Source of the DNA: the human T2T-CHM13v2.0 reference genome, Homo sapiens
Direction: 5' to 3' (one strand)
Length of the DNA stretch: 64,000 nt
Assembly (NCBI RefSeq): GCF_009914755.1
Contig: NC_060934.1
Shown here: positions 1 through 14,532 of the stretch, piece after piece
How positions within the stretch are numbered: position 1 is the stretch's first letter
Layout: each line of letters opens with the position of its first letter
Made by a program: the position numbers and the translations under genes
Notes under the pieces: model-generated
Database searches by the model: none
Told to the model about the DNA's origin: nothing
Seen by the model: the letters and a program-made list of their open reading frames with translations, nothing else

Positions 1-294
1 AAAAATATGTTTTTGTTCTAATAATAGAAATGGACAAGCAGAATTCTGGCTTATAATAATGAGAACATACTATCCCCTAGTTTGAAATAAGTTAGATAAT
101 TTAACTTTCTCACATTATCTTGAAGTTAATACATCATTCGTATTGAATGTATCAGTGCGCTACATGAAGTGGTACATTTGGTATCATCCCTTTTATCCTC
201 CAAATAAAATGATTCAGTGGTTTAAAACACTTCTTTCCATATCCTGGAGTTTTGCATAGCAAAAGAAGCATGCACTTTGAGGAAAATGTAGCTT

Positions 295-372
295 TTAATT
301 TTTTGTATTTTAAATATTATGGGTACAAAATATTTGTATATAATTATGGAGTACATGTGATGTTTCAGTACC
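295..372 (-). mobile_element. Short L1 (L1MA/L1PB-like) 3' end fragment
   Basis: T-rich start, then 'atgggtacaaaatatttgtatataattatggagtacatgtgatgttt', resembling the reverse complement of L1MA/PB 3' termini. Confidence 0.5.
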
Positions 373-1357
373 TCATTTTTGATCCCAGATCTTCCTTGAA
401 TTTTTTGTCCAATTTGCATTGCATTATTTAAGTTTGAAAAGGAGTAATGATGTTTAGTATATACTGTTATAAAATAACTGATTCAAAAGATGTAAAGTAT
501 CTGATACTTACTGTGTCCAAATATGATTTTTAAGCAAATGTTCCTAACAATACATAAATAATAACATGGAATAAAATAAATTCATATAAATTTATGATAA
601 TAATTTTACTGAAATTAAAAATGTTATGTGCAAACAGATGGTATACGACACTTGGCATGTAATAATGCAATTAAGTCCAATTGAATATATTGTTTGATTT
701 ATTTCCGCAATCTTTGATAGATGTATTGTAGACCAAAACGTCAAAAACCATAAGTAGCCTGTATAATGCCTTTTTTATTTGCTGTAATGTTTTAATATAA
801 ATATATAAAAGAGCATCTTAAATTATTTAAATAAGTCAATTATTTTATATGTGGATTTAGTATTAAAACATGTATATTCTTTTGCACAATAAGCTTTTTT
901 AAGTGTCAGAAATTATATACTTATATAGTGACTTTTGTTCACAAAGTAGTTAGTTGTAGGTATATACAACATACTTGAAAAATATTTTTGTCGACATTGG
1001 ATGCATTTTTGTCTTATAGACTCTTAAAAATGTTAACAAGCCAACACGTGAGCATACTGAAGTATTTTTAATCATCTTTTCTACTGTTGATAATGAGCTG
1101 GTTGATATAAAGTCATTAAAGTGGCAATTCAACAAATATTTTCTAGGGCATAACAAATGTCATTAACTTGCTAGTCTGTCATGCTGTTGCAAAGCTAAAG
1201 CCACATTCATTAGTGTTTTTTGTTGTTGTTTGTAGTGGTGGTTGGTTTGTTTTGTTACATGAAGTGGCCCACTTCTTGTATTAAATTATTTATTCTTTCT
1301 GAGAATGTTTAATCAGAACGTAATAAAACCTTTTTAAAATGGTTTAAACATTTATTC

Positions 1358-1583
1358 CCACAGGTGGGAATTGAACAATGAGAACACTTGGATACATGGC
1401 GGGGAACATCACACCCCAGGGCCTGTCGGCGGGTGGGGAGCTGGGGGAGGGATAGCATTAGGAGAAATACCTAATGTAAATGATGAGTTAATGGGTGCAG
1501 CAAACCAACATGGCACATGTGTACCTATGTAACAAACCTGCGCATGTGCACATGTACCCCAGAACTTAAAGTACAATAAAAAA
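1358..1583 (+). mobile_element. 5'-truncated L1PA (approx. L1PA7-8) 3' UTR
   Basis: 'caggtgggaattgaacaatgagaacac...gggatagcattaggagaaatacctaatgtaaatgatgag...catgtaccccagaacttaaagtacaataaaaaa' is the canonical L1PA 3' UTR ending in an A-rich tail. Confidence 0.92.
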
Positions 1584-2134
1584 TATATATTTATTTCTAC
1601 TGAACAAAATGTCTATATATTAGATGGCCTAGGACTGGTAGGGGGCTCTAATCCAGGGGATTGTTGATAAACTCAGACAACTTCTATAATTTTTACATTG
1701 TTACTCTTAAAGTCTTGCCATTGCCTGATTGTCTCAATATTGGAAAATAACATGTCAACATTCAGTGTAATAAAGTGGAAGAAAAAATGGGCCAATATTC
1801 CATTTAATTAAAGACACTGAAAAGAAAGTGTATGTATTACTTCTACTCATATCTTAATGTTCATCATGTTGTCACCAAGCCAGATAGAACCATATACTGG
1901 GGAATGTAATGTTTATCTGAGAAACCAAATGCCTAAATACAAATTTTAGTATTATGAAGTAAGAGGAAATAAATATGGGGGATTTTCTAGTTTTCTCTAT
2001 TGGATATAAATTGCAAGATTTGGCCACTTTAAAAAATATTAATATTTACTAATTTTTCATCAATTCAAATATCATACCATAGAGAGCAATTTAATCAAAT
2101 TAGATAACAGTTCTAAATATAAAATTTAACTGTA

Positions 2135-2895
2135 CATCTTCTGGAAGCCAAAAAATGAGAAATTATTTGTGGCTTTTAGCTAGACAAAGATTTCTTAGAT
2201 GTGGCCCAAAGAACAACCTAGAGAACAAGCAAAAAAAACAATTACAACAACAATAAACATGACTTCATAAAAACAAAAAGTTCTATATTTCTACTCTACA
2301 TGACTCAAACTAGGAATAGACATTTCCAAATTATGTCTGATAAAGGATGTGTATCCAAAATATGTAAACTCAATTATAAGGCAAATTACACACCAATAAT
2401 AAACAATAAGGAAAAGAATATATTTGAACACACACTTTGCCAGAGGAAATTCAGAGACAGCAAATAATCACATCGAAAGATGTTCAATAGCTTTAGCCAT
2501 TGGAGAAATACAAATTAAATGAGATGCCATTCCACACCTACTAGAATAAATACAATTAAAAATACTCATCATCTTGTGTGTTGGTGCTGATTTAGAAAAA
2601 CTGTAATTCTCAAATACTGATGGTAGGAAAGTAAATGATGCAGCCACTCTGGGGAAAAAATAGACTGTTTCTTACAAAGTTAAATAGACACCCGCCATTT
2701 TACCTACTTATTCTTCTGTTGCTCTTTAAGCAGAAAACGGTACAGCATATATACATACAAGAATGTGTTTACAAGTGTCCATGGCAAACTTATTTATAAT
2801 AACACTAAACTGTAAACAACCCAAAGTTTATGAATAAATAAATCCAACACGTTATGCTCATAACGTGAGATATAACTTCACACACACACATAAAA
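2135..2895 (+). mobile_element. Ancient L1M (L1ME/L1MC4-like) ORF2 3' region, left part
   Basis: Degenerate ORF2 motifs ('agacaaagatttcttagat', 'aaattaaatgagatgccattccacacctactagaat'); resumes at ~4184. Confidence 0.7.
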
Positions 2896-4183
2896 CCATA
2901 TTTTCAACAAATGGTGCTGGAACAATTGGACATCCACATCCAAAAAAAGAATCTAGACACTGTGTTTACACAATATACAAGAATGGATAATAGATTTAAA
3001 TATAAAAATGCGAGACTATAGAAGAATGTTATAAATTGAATTTTATAAAAATTAGTACTTCTGCTCTAAGAGAGACATAGTTTATATTTAAAAAACAAGC
3101 CAAGACTGGGAGACAATATTTACAAAACATGTATCCAATTAAGAACTGGTATGAGCATTACACAGAACTCTTAAAACTCAAAAAGAAAAAAAAGATAAAT
3201 AATCCAGTTAAAAAGTGGGCAGGAGATCTGAACAGACATTTCACCAAGGAAAACATATTGATGGCAAATAAGCAAATGAAATATGCTCAACATTATATAT
3301 TATTAGACAATTGCTCACTAGAACAAGATACCACTGCATGCCTACTAAAATGGCTAAAATCTAAAACACAGACAACACTAAATCATGTTAAGGATAAAGA
3401 GCAAGGGAAACTCATTTATTGCTTGTGGGAATGCAAAATGGCACAGCCACGTCAGAGGATAGCTTTGCAGTTTCCTACAAAGTTAAATGTAGTCTTACCA
3501 CATGGACCAGTAACTTCACTCCTATCCAAATGAGTCAAAAATATTTCTACACAAAAATGTCACATGACTCCTTAAAACAGCTTTTCTCATAACAAAACTT
3601 GGTAGCTACCAAGATGCCCCCAACACGTGAGTGATGGTTCAATAAACTGGCATATCTATAAAATGGGATATTCAGTGATAAAAGAATAAGCTATCAAGCC
3701 ATACAAAATATGCAAGAACCTAGAATGCATATAACTTAGTGAAAGAAGCTAATCTGAAGAGGCTGTATACTGTATAATTCCAATGATACAACATTCTTAA
3801 AAAGGCGAAAATCTGTAAAAAGATCAGAATTTCCAGTAGTCTCCAAGGGAGGGATGAATAAATCAAGCACAGAAATATTTAAGAAAGTAAAACTATTCTT
3901 ATAATACCGTAGTAGTGGATACATGACATATGCATTTGTCCAAACCTATGAAATGTATAATGCCAAGAGTGAACCCTAATATAAAACTAATATATGGCCT
4001 TTCACTTATAATAATATGTCAATACTGATGCATCAATTATAACAAAGGTACCACACTAATGCAAGATATTAATCATAAAGAATATGGAGGGTAGAAGAAA
4101 GTGTATGGAAATTCTCTGTGCTTTGTTAGTTTTTTCTATAAATCTAAAATTGTTCTAAAAATAAAATCTATTAATTTAAAAAA
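2896..4183 (+). mobile_element. L1MC (MC1-3-like) 3' portion nested in older L1M
   Basis: 'ttttcaacaaatggtgctggaacaattggacatccaca'; ORF 3129-3533 has ORF2 C-terminal similarity ([18 protein letters not shown]); 3' UTR 'gagtgaaccctaat...aaatctaaaattgttctaaaaataaaa'. Confidence 0.8.
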
Positions 4184-4540
4184 GAATGAACTATTGTTAC
4201 CACTATCAACATAGGTGAAAGTCAGAGTAGTTATGTTGAGTGCAAAAGACAGACAAAAAAGAATAGATTTTTGTGTGATTACATTTACATAAAATTCTAC
4301 CAAGTGTAAACCATTCTGTAGTATCAGAAATAGATTAGTAGTTGCATGGAGATTGAGTAGGGAAGAGGGGAAGAAACGATTACTAAAGACACAAAGTAAC
4401 TTTGGGGAAATGAATATGTTCATTACCTTGATCGCCATGGTGTTTTCTCATGTACCAATATGCCAAAACTTTAAAAATAATATACACTGGATATGTTCAG
4501 TTTATGTCAATTACACTTCAATGAAAAACATTTAAAAATA
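4184..4540 (+). mobile_element. Ancient L1M 3' UTR, right part of the element starting ~2135
   Basis: 'aatgaactattgttacac...ttatgttgagtgcaaaagacagacaaaaaagaata...tatgtcaattacacttcaat' continues the consensus broken at ~2895. Confidence 0.7.
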
Positions 4541-6581
4541 TTATTATGTATGTTAATTTTATATTTATGCAGAGCTATTATTATTCTCTTTCTGCCATAT
4601 ATACCTTTTGGCATAGTGTAAAGATATATAAACATAGTATATAAATATGGTATTTGTAATATTCTTATTCATATGCAAAATATAGTTTACATTTAATTTC
4701 TTTAACTTTTCTTCTATTTTCTGTATCCTCCAGACATTAACATTGAGAACTTCATATACAATTACATATTTAAAAATGAGTCATATCTAGTATAATACAA
4801 AATTTCAGCAATGTAACATGACAGGAACAAAATATAAATGAAGTTGCTTTATATAGATTCATTTTTCTCATTAAAACATTTCATAGAATAAATCACTTAT
4901 TCAAAAGTATTAACATAGATATTTAAGTGCACTATGAAAAAACAGAATCAAGAAATGGATACCATATTGATACTAGATGATATGTTAAAATATATTGAAT
5001 AATTTGGTAGTTTTTCAAAAGTAACTCACACATGCCACATATTAATAATGTATATATTTATTTTTAGGAACTCCTTTTAGATAACTATTAGGTATGTAGT
5101 TTTATGCTGAGTTTTATGAGAAATACAATAAGCATATCATTTTATGTCAGAAATAAAGAGTATATTTGTTCCTAGGTTATTTTCAATAGCTGTCAAAATG
5201 TTTCAACATCTTTTAAAACTCAAGAAAATGAGGAAGAAATATAGAAATGTTCCTCGGTTAATTGTTTTTATATCTTTATCTTATTCTTTCTATTCTTAAT
5301 TATATTAATTCTTCCCAATGGCTTATTTAAAAATGGGTCTTCAATTGTCTTTCATTAAAATTCTATGGGGTCTCATTACCTGTAAGAAGGTTTTATTTTA
5401 CACGAAGTATTTTTCTGTTATCTAAAAGGAAAATAAAGCTCTGGGCTAAAGAAATAACTTTTTTTTTTATTTTCCCTATTGGGAAGTAGTTGAATATATA
5501 CATTGCTGTATTCAGCTAAAACATATTAGAATGTGCTTTTATTTACAATAAAAATGAAATAAGGCTGTGTTACACTGGCAAGCTGTAATGGGAAATGTAT
5601 TTGTCACCCTAGGCAAACTGAAAAGGCAGGTGTATTGAATTCAGTAATGCTGAGTAATTAAGCCTTCACTTATAACCTTTATATTAGAGAATTCAACTTA
5701 ATAAGTTAAGTCATTTTCCAAGTGTTTGTTAATGTATCAAAAGGATTTATACGTTTCACAAACGGGGACTCAGGCTAAGCTAAAGATTTATAAACACAAT
5801 CAATTCACTAGAGAAAGAATTTTAAGCTTGTTTTTCTTGCTTTTCCAAACCTAATACTTTCATGGAAGAAACTAAAGGCAATATTATAAAATAGATGAAA
5901 GTGCAGGATAATTACCTTAAGTGACATTGGGAAGCCTAGAGCTCACCTGGTCCACAATATTTGATAATCCATGTCACCCCTGGTTTACTTCCACAGTTCC
6001 CTTAAGAGCTGTCTGAATACCACAATCTTAGTATATTATATTTTGTAAGGAAACCTGCTCACTCAAGAACATCTTCTGTGAGAGCCAATCCATTTAGCAT
6101 GTTAGAAAGTTTCCTTCCATGTATGATTCAAGCCCACCTTGTCCAGTGGATTGGACAATGAATGAACACTTGATTTAGGTGGAAGTTATCCATTTATTGG
6201 TTGAAAATCAATAAGCCTCTTTCACTTGAGAATTCCAATTGAGATGAAGAATATAATAGGGACGCATACTGGATGAGCAAAGCCATATGGCCTCCATAAT
6301 GTTATAAAGAATAATATGACTGAGCCACAGGCAAGCAATAGAGATACAAAGAGTACAAGAGTAAGGGAACAAATGTTGCCCTCGAGTGAGAGAAATTGAT
6401 AAAAAGCCACTGCCTCGATGCTGGACAGTTTCTTAGTTCTATGTTCAGCCTTTACTTTCTGCCCTTGGATTCTACACTGTACATTTCAAGTTTATTTACA
6501 AGTGGTTTTGACTACAGAAAAAGCAAGTGTGCCATTATGCCATTTTTGACATATTTTGGGAGAAATAAAGTAAAAACTATT

Positions 6582-6918
6582 CTTTTCTTTTCTTTTTATT
6601 TTCTTTTTTCTTTTTTATTTATTTATTTATTTTTTGAGATGGAGTTTCTCTCTTGTTGCCCAGGCTGGAGTGCAATGGCACGATCTTGGCTCACTGCAAA
6701 CTCCGTCCCCCGGGTTGAGGCGATTATCCTGCCTCAGCCTCCCGAGTAGCTGGGAATACAGGCTTGTGCCAACACGCCAAGCTAATTTTTTTATTTTTAA
6801 TAGAGGTGGGGTTTCACCTTGTTGGCCAGGCTGGTCTCGAACTCCAGATCTCAGGTGATCCACCCACCTCAGACTCCCAAAGTGCTTGGATTACAGGCGT
6901 GAGCCACCGCACTCATCC
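6582..6918 (-). mobile_element. AluS (Sq/Sp-like), full length, with 11-bp TSD
   Basis: Reverse-strand Alu 'gagatggagtttctctcttgttgcccaggctggagtgcaatggc...gtgagccaccgc'; TSD taaaaactatt at 6571-6581 and 6920-6930. Confidence 0.97.
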
Positions 6919-8497
6919 ATAAAAACTATTAAGAGAGTTTTTCAGAGTAGTTTCTGAGTTACATGTAAAAACAAGATAAAAAATTTTACTAACAGCTCTG
7001 CAGCTTTCAAAATTAAGCAGTCAGATTTCTATGTGGCTAAGAATTTCCAGCAGTCTCCTCCATTAGAATTTGCCATGCCCAAAATGTCCCATGCTGTACA
7101 GTTAAATGATTGATGTTTGAGTAATATTCAGTTTGAAAGTTGACTTTAAATGTTTCCTTGAGGGGAAAACATGCTTAGCATTTCTTTATAAAATTATCCA
7201 AGCTTTCCTCTCATTTCTATGTTCAAACTCAATGCATGAGTTAAAGCATCTTAAGGCTTCCTTTTAAGCAATTTATATATTTGCCCTAAGGTTTCAACTA
7301 GTCCTAATCTCAGAGGATCACTTCATTGGAAAAGTTGTACAAAAGTAAAATGAAATGGAGATTAACTTTACTAAATTGTCATGTTGAGCTTCGTGATAAA
7401 TTTAGTTACAAAGATATTATTCATATTGGAATTAACTGCAAATTTCCTAGGTATGTAAATGAAAGTGAGTGAAATTACTATATAAACCTAGAGTTATGAC
7501 CATCAAAATACATGATATAGCAATATGATAATTTAATGTTGACTTAGGGAGTAATAAATCAGATATTTTAGTCAACAAACTGTGATTTTTAATTATAGCA
7601 TAAGAATTATAAATTAATATTTAGAAGTAATTGTTTCTTAATAAATAATGAGTTGACAAAAATAATAGTTGAAAAATAAAATTATATAGGATGATTATAT
7701 TGTGAAAATTTACATTAAAAATTAAAATAAACAAATCACCTTTGGAAACTACTTTTATTTAAAATATCAGGAGTCCAGAAAATTGCAACTTTTCTTAATC
7801 TACATAATCATTTTTACATGAAATTTTAATTCCAAAGCCATTGCAAAGATTTATTTTCTTAATAACCATAGTATTAAGTATCAAACAGCTTCTGTAAAAG
7901 TATAATAGATTATAAACATATACTAGATGTATTGTTTTCTGCATTTATGCATGAACAATAAGATTTTTAAAATTTTTGACTTATCTGTGGAAATATGATA
8001 GAGACAATTGTATGGTTTGGTTTAAGGATTATTCATTTCTGCACTTAGATGAGGTAATTTTCTCTTTCTAGATAAACTCTAATTCCACTTTTTTCATACA
8101 GTACACACATATACATGCATATATATGTTTCTGTTAAACAACAGTAGTAAGATTTTAACAAATTATTTACCTGCCTTTCTGAAAAGTGTCTGTTAATGTC
8201 ATTATGAGCCTATAAGGGAAGAAAGGGACTATATTACAAAGGGACAGAAATGATCCAGGAGAGGATGAATACAACTGGATTCTACAATTACTGGGCTATT
8301 GGGTATTGGGATATAGATTGGGATAAAAGAGTATACCCCTATCAGAGCACTGTCAGTTTCACTATTGATATGGTACAAACACATGATAGGATGATTCGTA
8401 GCATCAAGGAAAAAGTGATGGCCTCAGGTGAGGTTGCAATGTCAAATTTCCCATGGAAGCTGACAGAAGATGCACATGTCACAAAGAAAATAATATG

Positions 8498-8697
8498 TAG
8501 AATACTTAAAATCTACTCTCAATAATTTTTAAGTTATTTTAAATTATTTTAAATTATATACTGTTGTTATTAAATATAGTCACTATTTCCATAGTCACTA
8601 TAACTACAGTCACTATAGATCTATTACATAATGTACAATAGATCTCTGAAACTTATTTCTCCTGTCAACTGAAATTTTGTTTCCTTTGACCAACATT
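8498..8697 (-). mobile_element. L1MA 3' UTR fragment
   Basis: 'agaatacttaaaatctactctc...gtacaatagatctctgaaacttattt...actgaaattttgtttcctttgaccaacat'. Confidence 0.7.
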
Positions 8698-9061
8698 GAG
8701 ATAGCAACTTTTATCACAATTTAAAAATTCTAGTAACATAAAACAATATAATTTTACAACAAGGAAAAGGCATTTCTTGAAAGTTAATTCACAAAGTTGC
8801 ATGAATTGCTAAACAAAACAATTTCAATAACCAAAACAGCTCTAGATATCTCAGGCAGAATGAATTCAAAGAAAATGACTGCACATATTACTTCTCGACA
8901 TTAGCTTCACAGTGGAATTTCCTGGGGCAATTTTTTAAAGAAACGATTGCCTACGTATCATGTCCAGATTCTGATTTATTTGTTATTAGATATGGCCTGG
9001 ACATCGCTCTACTCCTGACGTCCCTGCTCAAGAATCAACCTCCAGGAAGAGAGACTGGGAC

Positions 9062-9710
9062 TCACTGATTTTGGTGCTATTCAGTTGAACTATGTCCTTA
9101 CTGATTTTCCACCTACTAGTTCTATTCATTATTGATAGAGAGATGTTAACATCTCCAATTATAATAGTGCATTTATCTGTCTGTTCTTGCAATTCTGTTT
9201 TCACCTCATGTGTTTTTGACAGCCTGTTACAGGCAAACACATTAAGGATTGTTATGCTTTCTTGGAAAATTAAACCCTTTGTTACTATGTAATACATCTT
9301 TGTATCCCCCTATAATTGTTCTTTCTCTGAAGTCTTTTTGTTAGAAATCAATATATTAATCCAGCTTTCTTTTAATTACTATTCTCGTGTTATATGTTTT
9401 TCAAAGTTAACTCTCAAGCTTGTCCACAATTAGCTTCCAGAAATTATTCAACTACATATTAAAGTTTTCCACTCCATTACTAACTCCTATGGGGGCTCCT
9501 GGGCTTTTGCTCCACTAAGCTACAATTCTTTGCATTTTCCCATCTCTCTAATTTAGTGGGAATTTAGGGTGGGGGCAGCAGTTTGTTCTGTGACCTCAGT
9601 CCTCTAATGGATCTAAAATCAGTTGTTGATAGTCTGTTTGTACAGCATTTTTCTTGTTGTAGGGATGGGAGTGATGACTTCCAAGTTTCTTACATGCTCG
9701 AATAACTGAC
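9062..9710 (-). mobile_element. Old L1M fragment: ORF2 endonuclease region plus adjacent 5'-type sequence
   Basis: Minus ORF 9028-9297 reads TIIIGDVNISLSIMNRTSRWKISKDIVQLNST, homologous to the L1 APE endonuclease GDFN motif region. Confidence 0.75.
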
Positions 9711-9929
9711 TTTTTTTTAATGTATACTCACCCCCACGATGGTAGAAGAATGCTATAATTTTTGGATACACAAAACTAAAATACTAGGAGAGGGAATTTT
9801 TCACAGGAAAGATAGTTGCTACTGAAAAAAAAAGATAAAGTCTTCTCTGCTATCTCTGCTAGACTCTCTAAACTCTTCCTGTCTCTGGAGTCCAGACAGA
9901 CAAGGCTTTTAGTTTTGAGCTTGCACTAT

Positions 9930-10285
9930 GCTTTTATCTTAAAGACTTTGCCTACTATGTCCTTTCTGCTGAGAAAGCATCTTATCCCCTCCATTACCTA
10001 GTTAACATCAAATATAAAATCATACCTCTTACTAAAGGCCAAGTACCACCTCTAGAAGAAGTCTTCCCTAAGAACAGCCTACATACAGTTAATTCTGTGA
10101 GCCCTTTTCTTATATCCTTCGAATACCCTTCCTTCACATTACTCTTTCTTCACAGCCTTTAGCCAGACAATATATTACAGGAAAACAGAGAGAACATGAT
10201 TTTGCCCTTCACTCTTACCTTTGCCTAGCCTAGTGCCTGGCAAATAATAGATTCTCGTCATATATTTTTTGAATGAATTAATAAA
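9930..10285 (+). mobile_element. L2 3' end fragment
   Basis: Ends 'gcctagtgcctggcaaataatag...tttttgaatgaattaa', a typical L2 terminus. Confidence 0.5.
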
Positions 10286-11406
10286 TCCAAGTAAAATAAT
10301 TGATGTTTTGGAATTATCTAAGATTGTTAAAATCAGTTAAATATAGTTAATGTGAAGAAAAAACAGTAAAAAATTAATGTAATATACACGCTGATGTTAC
10401 TATTTTAGAAAAAACAATAATTTACAAATTCCTTTCAATAATTCAATTAACATTTAAGAGATTTGATTGAAGACAAATCTATGACTGCTTTTTCTGTAAA
10501 TAAAAGGTAATCTTTGTAATAAGCAAAAATGAATTAACATAACAAATATTAATTTACAGATAGACAAAAAGTGATTGTTTTCTAGATGAAAAGAGGATTA
10601 TTAATAGTTGGCATAAGAAATCAAAAGTTAGTTCAACAATTAGTCATATGGAAATGTCAAATATTGACATTAATGTGGTAAAGAAAACAAGAGTTTCTGC
10701 AAATAACCTCCCATCTCTGATGTGAGTCTTTCACATCATTCTATAGTTCAACTGGTTCTTAATAACTCAAAAACGGGAAAGATAAAATGCATCATTTTGT
10801 TTTACTACCCAGATCCCTCCTGTAGCTGTCATACAGAGTGTGATTTATGACTTGTAAGTTGTGCTATGGAGCTTGACAAGTAACTTTGATTTCATTTAAT
10901 ATTTTCTTTAAACCATCTTAGATCTTCTCTTTGACAAGAATTTCTATTAGTGTTCTCAAAATGTAAAATGGGTAACTTAATAAGAACAAAAGTTTTACCC
11001 TAAGATATATTTGCATTATCTACATACTCGCAGTTAAATCTTAACAGTTCAAATATACCCATTTGTAATAGAATCTAACAGTTTTCCTCTTGAATTTTTT
11101 TAGACACCAGAAATTTTTGGTCCTAATAAATAATGTTTAGCTTCCTAGTCACAAACCAAACAGAAAGCAAATTTCATCAGTTTAGAATGGTTAAAACCAA
11201 CATAGCTGCAATATTTTTATTTTTGTTTTAAAATTTTGTTTAGTCAATCAGTAAATCAGAGTTGACCATTATGTAATCCACAGACCTTGAAATAACAGAG
11301 ATAAGTTTCTCCGCAGATAAATATCTATATATGGTTTTAAGATGAGTAGAAATTCTCCTGAAGATCATAAAGAAAAAGTATGTCATATAATATAGTAAAT
11401 AAAAAT

Positions 11407-11592
11407 AATAATAGTTATTAATTTTTTCTACTTATTATGTTCCAGAATCTGTACTAAGTATTTTAGAGGATTATTTTATTTAATTCACACAATAATCCCT
11501 TGAGAAATATATAATTATTATCTTTAATTCACAGTTATTGAAAATGAGACACAAAGAGGTTAAGAATTTTGTCCAAGGTCAGGAAGCTAGCG
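11407..11592 (-). mobile_element. MIR SINE
   Basis: 'gaaaatgagacacaaagaggttaagaattttgtccaaggtcaggaagctag' matches the reverse-complement MIR core. Confidence 0.75.
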
Positions 11593-14140
11593 TGACTTAG
11601 CAAGGGTGTAATTAAGAAAAAATATGTCTTTCTTATCTTATGGGAAATTTGGAAAAGCAAATATCTAGATTGTCTTTTTAATAAAACAATAAAATATAAA
11701 ATGTGAGTCTCTCTTAAAGCAGGGATTCAACTTTAATGAAATTGAAACAATACACAATCCTTTGTTGTTCAGGCTCTTTATTATTATTATCTCTGCTGAC
11801 AGCAAAAGCTAAGAATAGGAAATATTTCTGACCCAAGTTGGTAAATTATGAATCAACCGGCTAAATAATCAGAATAAACTAACAAGTGGAACTAAATGTA
11901 ATTATTCTATATTATATATATAATTTAAACAATTTCTTATTGTTATAATTTTACTAAGATTCTACCAGTTTCAACTGAATTATAACATTTTAAATCCAAA
12001 CTTAATGAAAGAAGTTGGCATGAGATGTTTTCATAGGAAATAGTGATAATTCATATTATTTTTAATTAATTGTAAATGAGATGTATTATTTCTGTATTTC
12101 ATTTTCCTTCTAAAAGTTATTTTTAAAGTTTTAGTTTTTCTGAAGTTGATAGCTATTACTAACTATTTAGGGCAAAGTTTTTTGAGATACATTAATTTAT
12201 AAAATTATGAAGAAACTAAAGTAGTGAAAGTTTCTAAAAAGATAATAAAGTCATTGTCTCTATGTTATATTAGAAGATGAGAATGTGAATGCAGATCATT
12301 TTGACTCTTAGAGTTTGTGTTTTCAGCAAATATTACCTGAATATTGATATATAAATTAGAATTCCCCAAAGGAAAACATTTAACAATGTTAAAATTAATA
12401 AAATCATTAACTTATATACGTGTCCCTAGCATTAGGACAATCCCCAGTGGATTCAATAGAGCATCTGCAGTTTTGTTGAACAAAGGTTTCTGCAATGTAG
12501 ACTCATGGTGTGAGCTTCCTGGGTCACATTCTTTGTTCCTTCTTGGTGCTTTGGGAGACATTTGTAAAAGAGCTCCTTTAGTAGAAGGACTGAGTTGTAT
12601 CACCCTGAGAATTTAAGTTTCTATGTGAGAATCAAATTCACTTTAGTATAGGGATTTAGTAGGTTTCCCTAGACTTATTAACAAAATACTAATATGACAT
12701 GAAAATGCATACTTTGTCTTACAATAATCCAGTTAAGACATTATTTTTGTATAGCAAAATTCTTTACTAAACACTAGTTGCAAATCAAGTGAAATTGCAT
12801 TGGCAAGAGGTGATCATACTGCTCTGCTCTCCTACTCCTGCTGTTTCCTCCTACCCCAGCTGAAAATTCTTGCTGCAAATGTCCTTTTATAGGAGACTTT
12901 GACCCCAGGGTATAGAAAGGGAAAGGAAAAGGTCAGATATATATGTCTTGTCTATAACTTAAATCTAATGGTAGCACAAAAGCCTGAAAGGATTGATTTT
13001 TAGAGGGCGTTGGTAGGAAACTCTTTGCTCTGCTATCATCTGTTTTAAGCTACTTTTATACATTATTTTTTTCAGCTTCTACTCTGCTACTATTCAACTG
13101 CAAATGCAATTTGTTATATTGTACATTTCAACACCATGAACAATATCTTAATTATTATTGAAATGTATTACAAGTTCATAAAGAAAGCAGCATTTTGTTT
13201 CTTCAGTCATCTACTTTGGATGAAAAGTATTATTTAGAAAAGAATAAATGGGAAAAATGATACATTAAAAATAAAAATTGCATATTAAATTTTTAGATCA
13301 ACTAAATCAATGTTAAGCATTTTCATGGACCTTTATAACCAAAATAAATAAACATTTAAAGACAGATGATTTAACTCTGTATTTTGTTTCTCAAAAATGT
13401 TGGAATATGTGTTTTAGATAATGTATATATTTCTGTTATTGAAAAGTTTTCAATAGTCAACTGACTTCATACGTAACTTTTTGCAAATAGTAATACCATT
13501 TTAAACTTATTCAAGGATTTGAGGTGTTCTTAAATATTATTTTATAACTTACTTTACTCCCTTAAAGTAAATATTTATGGCCTCTGTAAGCCATTGTACA
13601 GTTGGTATAGCATAGTATTCGGATTGTCCTTTGTAATATTTTATAGTATTCACATTTGTATTTAATCACAAATTTGATACAATTTAATGAAACCTTCAAT
13701 ACATTTACAAACAGAGCACTGCCGAGACTTTATACAATGGAATAAAATAACCAAATGTGCTGACAGCATTCTTCCACTCAAAGAGGTATATATATTTTTT
13801 ATTCTATTTAATTTTTTAACAAATTTTATTTTTTGCATCCAATGGTGGGGAAAATTACTAAAAGTGTGATTAAGGCTATTATAAGATACATAAACTGTAT
13901 GACACAAGCATTCTCAACTCAACTTTACACTCCACATTGTTTATGAACTTAGTATGCCAGCTTTTTAAGTGTGGTGGGATCTGGTATTCCACACTTACAT
14001 GTCTCTTAATCCCAGTCTTGTGCTGATGCCTAGATGAACTGAAGCAGGGACGGATTTTTCTCTTACATGGAAACATGAATATATTCCAAACTGGAGTGAG
14101 CTCTCACAAGAAGTTCGCCTATGGTAATTACTTTGTGCCT

Positions 14141-14488
14141 TGTAATGGGTCACACAGTATCTTCAAAAAGTGTGTCGGAGTCCTAGACCCTCTCCCATCC
14201 TAGTACCTGTAAATGTCACCTTATTTTGAAATAGGAGCTTTACAGATATAATAAAGTTAAAGATCTCAGGGTGAGATCATCCTGAATTTAGAGTGAGTCA
14301 TGGATATTTGGGACACAGAAACACAAGCAAGGTCATGTGAAGATAGAGACAAAGGTTAGAGTTGTGCTGTCACAAGCCAAGGAGTACCAGGAGCCACCTG
14401 AAACTAGAAGAGGCAAGGAAGGATTCTTCCCTAGAGCCACCAGAGGAAGTAAGGCCCTGCATCCACCTTTGCTATAATTGAGAGATTT

Positions 14489-14532
<44 letters not shown>

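Noticed and set aside
6396-6863. Overlapping 74-117 aa ORFs (similar sets at 27.3-27.9, 39.4-39.7 and 53.1-53.5 kb)
   Set aside because: Typical Alu-derived open frames with no independent exon evidence
8250-8525. 91-aa ATG ORF
   Set aside because: No recognisable family, and it ends inside an L1MA fragment
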